Source: Paraspadella gotoi
Taxonomy: Eukaryota; Animalia; Chaetognatha
Length of the DNA stretch: 64,000 nucleotides
NCBI GenBank assembly: GCA_051294375.1
Contig: CM119271.1
Span: 16,762,667-16,826,666, forward strand
Direction of reading: 5' to 3'
Part shown: positions 37,094-48,675 of the stretch, piece after piece
Position numbering within the stretch: position 1 is the stretch's first letter
How the letters are laid out: each line of letters starts with the position of its first letter
The notes under the pieces: generated by a model
Told to the model about the DNA's origin: nothing
What the model saw: only the letters and a program-made list of their open reading frames with translations
Databases searched by the model: none
Translations under genes and position numbers: made by a program

Positions 37094-39234
37094 TTTTGAG
37101 AATGGAAGTATGGGGAATCTGTTTATATTGAAATTGGCTACCAACGCAATATAAAAATTACTCCATTCATTTAATTAAATCAGTTGTTAACCGCTGGCTG
37201 CGGCGGAGAAGGAAGAAGCGCGAGAAGCAAAGCGGCGCGGCGGCAGTTGGCCAGCGGCAGCGGCGGAGAGCGGCGAGCTTTTTTATGGCAGCGTTTGAGA
37301 CTTTTTTGAAAATCTATTAAGGAATTTGAGAGAAACGAAGATAAGCGTTCTCTGATCGGAGGTTTTGAGAGAGAGAGAGAGGCAAGAGAGAGACGAACGA
37401 AGAGAGGAGAGAGAAGATTTTTTCTTTTTTTTTGAATTCATGTGTTATTCTATGGGCACGCACCTTTAGGCACAAAATAGAATTGCACGATTCATAGTAG
37501 AGCCCATCAAAAAGCTATTTTCGTCCTACAGAGTGCTACATATGTATTTTACCGTTCAAACGTGTAACCTGTTATAGCGCAATTCCTCGAGTCAATTAGG
37601 AATTATCTTCTCCATTACTTATGTACACATTTTATATCTGCTATCGTATTTTCTACCCTTCCTGTGTATTTTACATCTCAACATCGTAGTCCTGACTGAG
37701 TCTATCTCTATCGATCGAGTGCATCCTCCGATCGATAGACGTATCCGTGCATCTCTGTGTCTATGACGTATTCTATCGAATCATCAACGTCCATAACAAT
37801 ACTCTCAAAGCCTTCTCGAAGCCAATTCGATAACTCATTCAATATTATGCGCGAGAGTATATCTATTTTGCTATATATTGCTACGAGGTTTTTTACATAT
37901 TATACTTTAAGAAGCAAGATACTTTGTACGAGTGAGATAGAGATCGTCTGCAGTGCTCTACTGACTGACTTCTCTACGTGACGTGACCCAGCCCCCGAGA
38001 GATTCTCCCCCAAATCGCATGACATGAGGACGAAGCAGATGCGAGCATTAACTTACTCGATCGTAAACTTTCAAACCAATAAGGTACATCGCCTATACGT
38101 TAAATAACGCACTAAACGGACACGAGACATTGCCGATATTACCTACTCTATTTAAAAGAAACCTTCTTTTCCCAAATCGTCCTCCATAAAACTATATAAT
38201 ATTATCATATAACAGTCTATACATCCTCTGCTTCGCAGAGTTCGGACTCACTCTGTACATCTTCAAGGAGTACTCAGCCCTCACCTGAAGTAAAAGTTAT
38301 TATTCTTGTGAGAGGGGATGGAAGCCTGACTCACCAGCGCAAGATAGCTTATTTCTTTAAAATGGATTTAAGTGGGTATGAGATCATCACGTAGTATTCG
38401 CTCTCAGTTTAAATTGTATTTATGTTTAAATATGAATATGCGAGTTGATTGGAATTTTCTCATTATGCGTGGATGTGCATTATTATACATGGAGTTCGTT
38501 AGTATTCTCTTTTTTTTCTCTCTTTCTCTCTCTCTCTACTCTCTTCTATCTGACTCTCTCTCGTACTACTCTCTACTCTCTCTCTTCTACTCTCTTCTCT
38601 GTCTCTCTCTTCTGCTCTCTCACGTTCTATATCCTCTCACTTATTTACTATTGAGTGCGTCTGTCAAGTTCACTGTATCTTTAGTCAGGGCTAAGGCATG
38701 TTTTCTGTGTTGTCTTGCTTATTGTGTGATCTGTTCTCGTGGATCAGTGAGTCATGCGTCTGTCCGTCGGTTTATATGATTGGATTATCTAAAACACAAT
38801 AAAAGAATAATTATATGCATGGAGATGAAGAGTAGTGTCGCATTGTGCAATAAAATAGATACTGTTAGTCTTGATTAATATTTTTTATTAAAAAATCTCT
38901 AAGAATTGAAGTTGAAAATTGATGTGTACTCTCACAAAATAAAAATTATTTTTTTTAGTAAAAAGAGTCCAACAAGAAAGATCAAGTAGTCTAGAATGAT
39001 TCTGAATATGATATGTATATGTGATATCGATGGTGACTTATAATATCCTCTCATATCTTGGATCTGAGAGGCTAAATAGATAATATAATAAATATGAGAA
39101 GGAGTAGACACGAGAGAAGAGAGAAGGAGAAGAGAGATGAGACTGATAGAGATGGATGACTGGTGACGAGAGAGATTGAAAAGTGAGAGAGATTGCATCG
39201 AAGACTCGGCGTTGGATGTGAAGTGAGAGATTAC

Positions 39235-39240
<6 letters not shown>
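37094..39240. repeat. very noisy re-reads of neighbouring sequence (37094-~38050 inverted copy of ~32740-33420; ~38150-38850 copy of 36480-37068)
   Basis: Recognisable anchors padded with random insertions, typical of an uncorrected single long read. Confidence 0.8.
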
Positions 39241-39271
<31 letters not shown>

Positions 39272-39354
39272 TATGAGAAAAAGGAATTCGCCTTTTTTTC
39301 ACCAAATTTTTTGCTTCGTTGATTTCGAAGAAAACCAGGTTTTTAGTCTGGTCT

Positions 39355-39500
39355 TTTGGCCCTTGAAGGTTCGGGTCTAAAGCCTCAGGACTCAAAGCCG
39401 GGGGCTCAAGACTTGAACTCAAGGCTGATGGCTTGGGGTTAAAGGCTCGGGCTCAAGTCTTAGGCCCAAGGCTCAAGAATCAAGTCGTAAGTCTCAAAAA
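39355..39500. repeat. degenerate ~7-bp minisatellite (GGCTCAA/GGCTCGG)
   Basis: Recurrent GCTCAAG and GGCTC units. Confidence 0.6.
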
Positions 39501-39565
39501 TCAAAACTCTGAATGGATACCAAGTTTAGATATTTGACCAAACATAAAAGGAATAATTACGGCAC

Positions 39566-39837
39566 TGTGGATATTGGATAAGGCGCAAAGTGGGCTGAAG
39601 ACGTATCTTCTGTGCCCCCTCGGCATCAATGGAACGGGTCCTTGGCTTGGAACTAGGCTCGAGGGTTTTTCAGGCCCCCAAGGCGGTTAACGGGCGTCTT
39701 CACGGTTCATCGCAGGTTAGGTACCATTGTGGACCGATTCCGGGACCTGATGGTCTTACTCAATGAGCCCCCTGGTCACGACTGAAAGATACATGCTTAT
39801 GGGTGAGGTGAACATATCGCATTGACCGACAACTGCA
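39566..39837 (-). mobile_element. diverged solo relative of the 2114-2380 LTR-like repeat
   Basis: The minus strand shares GTTCACC..GCATG, GTACCTA.CCTGCG, CCGCCTTGGGGGC and GCCT.GTTCCAAGCC.AGGACCCGTTCCAT..GAGGGG in the same order. Confidence 0.7.
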
Positions 39838-40325
39838 TCGCTTTCTCTCCCCGGTACTATCAGTACTACTAAACCCATTTTGCGATTATTGCCAAGCAAG
39901 CAGGACAAATTACCGCTTGATAGTTGCAAGCTTTAGAACAGGTGGCTAAGTTGTCCCGTTGTCCCGTTGTCCCATTGTCCCGTTCTGACCAAAATTGCTA
40001 AATAACTAGAATATACTTTTAGCTATTCGTATTCGTATTACTATTAGACAGAAAACGAAAGTTTAAGTTAAGAATCTTTTTTTAGTTTGTTTTTATTTGA
40101 AATTTAGAAGCTTCCCAAATGGCAACTTATTTTATTGTTGGTTTGAAAAAGTAATACAACAAAATGACGATCAGCAATAACTATGTAGGAAATTCATCAA
40201 GAGTAAAAACTATACAGAGCATGGTATATAGTAAAAATCCACAGTGAAAGTTTGTTATGATATGATTTTTAGACAATCTGAGGGCGAAATTAATCGCCCT
40301 ATCTCACTCTCTCTCTCTCTCTCAC

Positions 40326-40390
<65 letters not shown>

Positions 40391-40650
40391 TCTCTCTCTC
40401 TTCTCTCTCTCTCTTTCTCTCAGCCCCTCTTGGTATGGCCACTTGAGGACAAACTCTAACAAATTTTGAAGTGGTAAACTGTGTGTAAAGGTTATGTTAA
40501 CGTTCATAAAAACATAAGTACAACACAAAAATAGTTTTTTTTTCACGATAAAAAAATTAACTAGAAATAAAATGAAGAATTGTCAAGCCTTTTTTCTGTT
40601 TACAATCACGACCTAGAATTTACCGGAAATACCGAACGATACGGAATCGG

Positions 40651-40750
40651 GGCGCCACGCCCACTGTGGGTAGGCGCACACTGAGAGTATGCACACATTG
40701 TGGTGTTGGCGCCCACTGTGGGTTATTAACACTGAGTGGAGGCGCCCGTC
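40651..40750. repeat. GC-rich ~17-bp subrepeats (GGCGCCCACTGTGGGT), also ~47020-47118
   Basis: About five degenerate units within AT-rich DNA. Confidence 0.6.
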
Positions 40751-42144
40751 CTTGGTCCACCTTAGGTCTTCTGGACGGCTGCACCATTGATTTTCGTTAT
40801 GAAGGAATGTACTAACGATATACTAAAAATTTACTATGTATTTACATTGTAAATTAGTGTATAAATTTTTAAATAGTGTAAAACGAGAACAAAAAAAATG
40901 AAAATACTAATCTGCGACGTAACACAATAAATCTTAATGTATATAATAATTAGGCTAATTAATTATGAATATATAAATAATGAAATAGATGACTATATTG
41001 GTAAATATCTATATATATCGTGCCATCCAGAAGGCGGCGAAAATGTTCCATAACGTTCCGGTTAAAAAACCTTTTAAGGTCGCGATTTTCTTGTTTTTTG
41101 AGCATTTTTGTTGTTTTGATGTTGGCTCTCTTTTCCAAAAGCACCCAATTTCTGTTCCTCTATTCATAAACTTTATTTTAATAATCATTTTTTAACCTAT
41201 TCTGCTTCATAATCTATATATTTAAGTTTTTTTAGAGTGGAGCACTGGGAACATAAATTTTATTGAGTGAACAAACAAGGATATTTAGGACGTGAGATAG
41301 TATGATTAAGGAGTACAAAAAATATGTTGCTTATATTTTTTGGGGAACGTATCATTAATACAATATATTTATTAAAATCATAAATTTTCAAAAATATTTT
41401 TTTTTAATTTTTATTAAAAATTCTGATTCTTCATAAAAATTTTAATGTCTTCAGTATCAAAAATGGAAAAAAATGTCAAATTCTCCACTTTTTTACACTT
41501 TGTAATAGAAACTATTTATATAATGAAACGTTTTGGTCATTTTTCGCAGCTTAACCTAAAAATATCATTTGTAACATATTTTACAAAAGTTTTCATTTTT
41601 TTCGGGCAAATCCGAAACTTCTTAAAATAAAAAAAAATATTATTTTGAAATTTTTATGATTTTGTAGGATATTACTATAAAAAATTCAATTAATGATACT
41701 GTTATGCAAATTTTTTTTTAAAAAAGGGCTTAAATTATTTTTTATTACATATACAAAGGCAGCAAAAAATTTCGTTCCATCACTCAATCTTTCATCACTC
41801 CACTCACTTATATATAATTGCATAGTAAAAGTTGCAGATCAAAATTTGAATAGTTAATCATGAACAGTAGGGTAAAAATGAACGTTTGGAATCAAAATTT
41901 AGCAGTTATATCTTGAAAAACTATCATATTAATGAATACTAATCTGTAATTATTTTTTATACAAATATAGTAGCCAGTCAGTTTATTTTGTATATAGTAC
42001 GACCCTTATATAATATCAAAATTTCAAAATGGTTTTTTTTAATTTCGAAAATTAATTTAGATTCTTTGTAAAAGTTTTAAAAGAAAATATAAATCTTTTT
42101 TAAAAATTATGTCAAATTAGTAGGTTAAAATTGTGTATAAATAG

Positions 42145-42302
42145 TTAGAGAAAACAAAGTTTGTTTGTTTGATAACAACGATTTTTATTTACATTGGACA
42201 TGTTTCGGCTCTTGCTCGATGAAGGCTTAAAGCAAGAGCCGAAACATGTCCAATGTAAATAAAAATCGTTGTTATCAAACAAGCAAACTTTGTTTTCTCT
42301 AA
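42145..42302 (+). mobile_element. 158-bp fold-back palindrome containing a Penelope-type minimal hammerhead remnant
   Basis: Arms 42145-42216 and 42231-42302 are 72 bp with 1 mismatch around a 14-nt loop. Motif CTCGATGA-AGGC..GCC-GAAA-CATG-TC is followed by AATAAA. Confidence 0.65.
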
Positions 42303-43676
42303 TTAAAAAAAAAGTATTTTTATTGGTTTTTATATTATGTTTTGTATGCTAATTTAAATTTTATAAAATTTTATCATTTTTACATCACTCTGAATGAACA
42401 GTTTGGACTAAAAACATTGAATATATAAATTTTTTTTTTTAAATTTCGCCAATTTTTGCATAAGCCCATATTTATACATAAGTTACTTACCAAAGAAAAT
42501 GTTAAAATTTTAAAATATTTATTTTTTAGTTTGAAAGTAAATTCGAATTCCTCATAAAAAGTTGATTAAAAAATAATTTAATAAGTTGACAAAAATTTTA
42601 AAAACTATATTTTTTTATATCAAAATTTAATTTTAGAGAAAAATATACAAAGTTAATTTATAATAGTTTTTTAAGGATTTTAACCCACTTAATAAAAAAT
42701 TTTTCTAAAAAAGTTATATTTCTTTTTATCAACTTTTCGTGATGAATTGAATCTGCTTTTAAAAATAAGAAAAAAACATTTTAAAATTTTAACATGGTGA
42801 GTGTATGAAAAAATTTAAAAATAAAAAAAAATTTTATTTAAAAAAGCTCACAAGATACAAGCCTGTTCATAATTACTATTCGAATTTGGATTTTTACTTA
42901 ATTTTAATATTTTTTCTAAGCTTTAATAAATAATTTTTAAGTTTAATATTAACCTAATCATTATCCTATCTCTAAACCCTAATTTTAATGCAATCTTTAA
43001 ACCCTAATTACTAACCATAATTCCTTAACCATAATCCCTTAACCTAACCCTTAACCTCAATCCCTAAAAAAAACCTTTAATCTTTTGAAATAAGGAGCAT
43101 GTTGGAAAAATTAAACCCTTGTTTTTTTGTTTGGTTTTTGTTTTGGTTTAGTTTGTCACTTCTAAAGCAGCCATCACAAAGTCACTGTTGTCTATTATGT
43201 GTTATTATAACGCATATATTCAAGCCCGGGAAAAGATTATTTTTGTCGCTTTGCTTAACCTACACTAAAACTTACGGGTGCTGTAATACTAAAAATGAAA
43301 ACTAAACTATCATACAATAGGATATACTACAGTAAATCTTTTAAAAACGTAACATTTCGTCAGGTTTAAAAATTTGAGATGAAGATGTAAAACAAAAACT
43401 GATAGGTTGTGTTCTTGTTGCCCCTAGGCAACCTAGTGATTTGAAAACAACGGCGGGAAAAACCAGCATTCGGGATGAACAGTGTTATGATATGAGCGGG
43501 ACAAATTTTTAATTTTTAAATTTCTTAAATGAACAAAGACCCCTTAAAAATGAAACAAAAAAATACATTTTTTAAATAAAAATTACGTTTATTTTCCTAC
43601 AAAAAGAAGTTATTCACTGAAAGACATGCCACTAGATCGAAATAAAATATAGATATATATATAGTAAAAGACAAAC

Positions 43677-43736
43677 CTACCGGTATCTAATGCGAGCACT
43701 GAGCGTAGGTTGGTATCTAAGCTAAATATTAATAAA
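43677..43736 (+). pseudogene. possible hAT transposase C-terminal dimerisation-motif remnant (also ~49999-50058)
   Basis: Reads LPVSNASTERRLVSKLNINK, resembling the LPxSxAxxERxFSxLxxIK motif. No intact ORF surrounds it. Confidence 0.4.
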
Positions 43737-45137
43737 CAAAAAGCTTTTTAATTTTGTTTTTTAGAGATAACGCATTTCGTGGTCAACAACAGATATTCGT
43801 AAAGAGGATCCTGAAGAGAGTCGATTTTAGGACGAAAACTTTGTTTTCTCTATATAGATCATTAAACTTTATACAGTATAGTAATAAATCTACTTCAATC
43901 GAGTCAACATTAGACAAAAAACAAAAACAATATTGGTTTTCTAAAAGTAAAATTTGACCCTGTGCGTCGAAAAAAATAAACTAATTGAGAATGATTATAA
44001 GTAGTATAAAAAAGAGGAGAAAAAAAAGTTCATTTGCGGAAATTGTGCTACTTTCTATCGGTGAAATAACGGATTCAACAAATTGGGGTTATCATTGGCC
44101 TCAAAGATGCCGTACTCTAAAGTCTACGCTACATAACGAGATTTAAAAAACTTCATTAATAGATCGGTTAAGGTAATAAGCTAAAAATTAGATTAAAACA
44201 TGAAAATATAAAGGACGTATTTGCTTTGTGCAGTTATTGATTTTTCAAAAATACTACTGAGCCTCTCTTACATCTGGTTGACTTTTTGATGCTATATAAC
44301 TATAAAGTCGAATAAACTTGGAATTTTACTGAATGAAACAAAAACTTTGTAATACGAATGCGTTGAATATAATTGAGGAAATATATGCTTTGAATCGAAA
44401 ACAAGAACTAACATGGAATTGAAAAAACTTGTTCCATCAACTTTAATAATATGCAAATGAAGAAAATATTGAATCTCACCCAGAATCAACTGTTAAGTAA
44501 GTAAGAGCTCATCATTAATGAAAGCACTCAGCTTACCCTTTGTTGCGGAAATATAGCAAGTGATTGGCCAAAAAAAAGAGAACAGCTTGTGGCAAATTTG
44601 ATTAAGTAATTATTTGACATCCACCCAAAAGTTTGAACATGATTTTTTCGTTTATATTAGAAATTACCTAACGCATATTTAACGGAATCAAAAATATAAT
44701 CAAGCTATTGATTATAAAGTATGAAAAAAAGTGGAAGATAGATCCTGACACTAATTATGACTTAATTTGACAAGAGCCACATCAATAGTCTGAGGCCAAG
44801 CCTTCAACGACAACCACAGCCAACGATCGTAAACATGTTAAAAAAGCAATAATATCTACGAACGGGCCACCATAGTTAATCAGTATATACAGAACATAGT
44901 CGTTCACCCTCTTAAAGTAATGCCGGACCTGGCTAATACACCGACACATATGCGCAAATGAACTAAAGAACACAAAACAAAATGAGCGAAAAAGCCGTAA
45001 AAAATAGCTCGCAAAATAGGCACAACCTAAGATCCAACAAACAAACAACTGGCAGGAATTTCTAGCACTACTACACAAAAAAATTACTCCGACCAGTAGC
45101 TGGTTAGCTATATTATGTGTAATCTTGTTCATGTTTT

Positions 45138-46649
45138 TGTGATGGGGATTCTACAGTAGTGATCCCGTGTTTCTTTTTGACGATTCAGGTGGTTGGCGCA
45201 TGATTTGTTTTGAACTCTTCCTTCAGCGTAGGGGCCTTCGAGGACAATAAGGGCGGGCTTTGAAGGACGTTCTCGAGGTATCTCGCTCATCTCAGCGACG
45301 GCACGGTGCTCCTGTTCTTATAGCACAGTGAATCTTGCACAGATCGCAATTTCTCCGGCAAATCTATTCCCAAAGCTGACGACTGGCCAATGTGGATGGT
45401 ATCTTTATCCATGCCCCCCCTGGTCGAGAACCCTACTCCTAACTATTGGGGTCTGACCGTGCTTGCTGAAAGGGTGTCTTTACCCAAACAACCCCCTCCT
45501 TCGCGGCAGATGATCTCTCCCGGCGCTATGAGGAGGTGTCGCTCAGTTCTGCGAGTTTTAGGAGAGGACTGCGCCTCTAGCCTATTTCTCCGCGCTCGCA
45601 TGTTGAGGAGGAGTTACAATTTTCCTCACTACTGGTGCCATGGCCTCTGCAAGAAGGCCTTCAGAGTATATTTTCGATCTTGCGGTTGTGGACCCTAGGA
45701 GACATCAGCTATGGATGTCTGGCTGTATTTACTGACTCAGTCGATCTCGTTTTGTCACTTCTCATACTGTCCAAGTGACTCCTGCTATTAGTTTCCGATC
45801 GATACAAGTCATTCAAAATGTACGTTTCCTGTCTATTTCACGATACAATTCGGATGACTGCATGGTCAAGTCGTTGGGACCAGTGCAGCTTCATGGTTCT
45901 TTTGGCTTCGTGTTCCCAGGTCACGGCATTTGGGCTGGACGCAGACAGTCATCCTCTTTCTATCCTCTTTCTACTCTCTAAGATGATCTGACACACCATT
46001 GGTCCATTATCTCTCCAACTCAGATTATATTTTTACCAAACTCTCGATTTATACAAGTCGATCTTTAGAAGATGCGGTATGACATAACGTGCGTTTGTCA
46101 CCCCCTGGTGACTTCGGCGACACCGCGGCGCTACTGGAGACAGCTGAGCTCGGGATATCGAAGCTTTTAGCCAAACTGGTCGATGCGATGGCACATTGGA
46201 CGTCATTTTCTTACGCCCGAGCGGGATTGGTCTGAGCACACAGACCTTCTTCCAGTTTTTCACTGTCGGGAGTCGGCGTGGAAGTCTTCTCAGACTGGGG
46301 TCTTTGCGACTGAGTTGATTTCGTGCTGCGTTCGCTTGTTGTGCAGCTGAGTGCTAGTATCTGAGAAGGCGAGAAGACGAGAGTCGAGTATACGTTGGCA
46401 AACGACAGAGGAATTTCTGTTGGCTTAGCACTTTACTTCCGTGTTTTTCTTTTGTCCTTTTCTGGCGCCAACCTCCAGACAGTCGGGCACGAATAGTTCA
46501 CGGCGAGAAAAAACGTAAAGAAGAGATAAGCCATCAAACAAAGACGTGTGGACAACACGACATTCGGGAACAAAAGTTGAGCAACTACGTGGGTGGAGAG
46601 GGAGCCATGCAAGAATCCCGCGTTCCATTCTTGGGACACTAGATAAACA
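45138..46649 (+). mobile_element. putative LTR-retrotransposon 5' part, present in only one copy of the duplicated block
   Basis: Abrupt GC increase starting TGTGATGGGG. TGGGGTCTGACCG at 45447 loosely resembles a tRNA-Pro primer-binding site. The sequence is too noisy to recognise a protein. Confidence 0.3.
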
Positions 46650-46711
46650 NNNNNNNNNNNNNNNNNNNNNNNNNAGACAATCTGAGGCGAAATTAATCGC
46701 CCTATCCTCAC

Positions 46712-46789
<78 letters not shown>

Positions 46790-48516
46790 AGCCCCTCTTG
46801 GTATGGCACTTGAGGTACAAACTCTAACAAATTTTGTAAGTGTAAACTGTGTGTAAAGGTTATGTTAACGTTCATAAAAACATTAAGTACAACACAAAAA
46901 TAGTTTTTTTTTCACGATAAAAAAATTAACTAAAATAAAATGAAGAATTGTCAAGCCTTTTTTCTGTTTAGCGAATCACGACCTAGAATTTACCGGAAAT
47001 ACCGAACGATACGGAATCGGGCGCCACGCCCACTGTGGGTAGGCGCACACTGAGAGTATGCACACATTGTGGGTTGGCGCCCACTGTGGGTTATTAACCA
47101 CTGAGTGGAGGCGCCCGTCCTTGGTCCACCTTAGGTCTTCTTGGACGGCTGCACCATGATTTCGTTATGAAGGAATGTACTAACGTATACATAAAAATTT
47201 ACTATGTATTTACAATTGTAAATAGTGTATAAATTTTTAAATAGTGTAAAACGAGAACAAAAAAATGAAAATACTAATCTGCGACGTAACACAATAAACT
47301 TAATGTATATAATAATTAGGCTAATTAATTATGAATATATAAATATGAAATAGATGACTATATTGGTAAATATCTATATATATCGTGCCATCCAGAAGGC
47401 GGGAAAATGTTCCATAACGTTCGGTAAAAAACCTTTTAAGGTCGCGATTTTCTTGTTTTTTGAGCATTTTTGTTGTTTTGATGTTGGCTCTCTTTTCCAA
47501 AAGCACCCAATTTCTGTTCTTCTATTCATAAACTTTATTTTAATAATCATTTTTTAACCTATTCTGCTTCATAATCTATATATTTAAGTTTTTTTAGAGT
47601 GGAGCACTGGGGAACATAAATTTTATTTGAGTGAACAAACAAGGATATTTAGACGTGAGATAGTATGATTAAGGAGTACAAAAAATATGTTGCTTATATT
47701 TTTTGGGGAACAGTATCATTAATTACAATATATTTATAAAATCATAAATTTTCAAAAATATTTTTTTTTTAATTTTTATTAAAAATTCTGATTCTTCATA
47801 AAAATTTTAATGTCTTCAGTATCAAAAATGGGAAAAAAATGTCAAATTCTCCACTTTTTTACACTTTGTAATAGAAACTATTATATAATGAAACGTTTTG
47901 GTCATTTTTCGCCCAAGCTTTAACCTAAAAATATCATGTAACATATTTTACAAAAGTTTTTCATTTTTTCGGGCAAATCCGAAACTGTTCTTAAAATAAA
48001 AAAAAAATATTATTTTGAAATTTTTATGATTTTGTAAGGATATTACTATAAAAAATTCAATTAATGATACTGTTATGCAAATTTTTTTTAAAAAAGGGCT
48101 TAATTATTTTTTATTACATATACAAAGGCAGCAAAAAATTATCGTTCCATCACTCAATCTTTTCATCACTCCACTCACTTATATATAATTGGCATAGTAA
48201 AAGTTGCAGATCAAAATTTGAATAGTTAATCATGAACAGTAGGGGTGAAATGAACGTTTGGAATCAAAATTTAGCAGTTATATCTTGAAAACTATCATAT
48301 TAATGAATACTAATCTGTAATTATTTTTTATACAAATATAGTAGCCCAGTCAGTTTATTTGTATATAGTACGACCCTTATATAATATCAAAAATTTCAAA
48401 ATGTTTTTTTAATTCTGAAAATTAATTTAGATTCTTTGTTAAAAGTTTTATAAAAGAAAATATAAATCTTTTTTAAAAATTATGTCATTAAGTAGGTTAA
48501 AATTGTGTATAAATAG

Positions 48517-48675
48517 TTAGAGAAAACAAAGTTTGTTGTTTGATAACAACAATTTTTATTACATTGGACATGTTTCGGCTCTTGCTCGATGAAGGCTTAA
48601 AGCAAGAGCCGAAAATTTGTCCAGATGGTAAATAAAAATCGTTGTTATCAAACAAGCAAACTTTGTTTTCTCTAA
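48517..48675 (+). repeat. noisier duplicate of the 42145-42302 palindrome
   Basis: Same arms and loop (CTTGCTCGATGAAGGCTTAAAGCAAG). Confidence 0.85.

Larger units (their letters stand above)
40271..45140. repeat. ~4.7-kb AT-rich block duplicated at 46675-51247
   Basis: Both copies start AGACAATCTGAGG(G)CGAAATTAATCGCCC and are colinear to ATCTTGTTCATGTTTTTGTG. The second copy starts at a 25-N gap. Confidence 0.92.
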
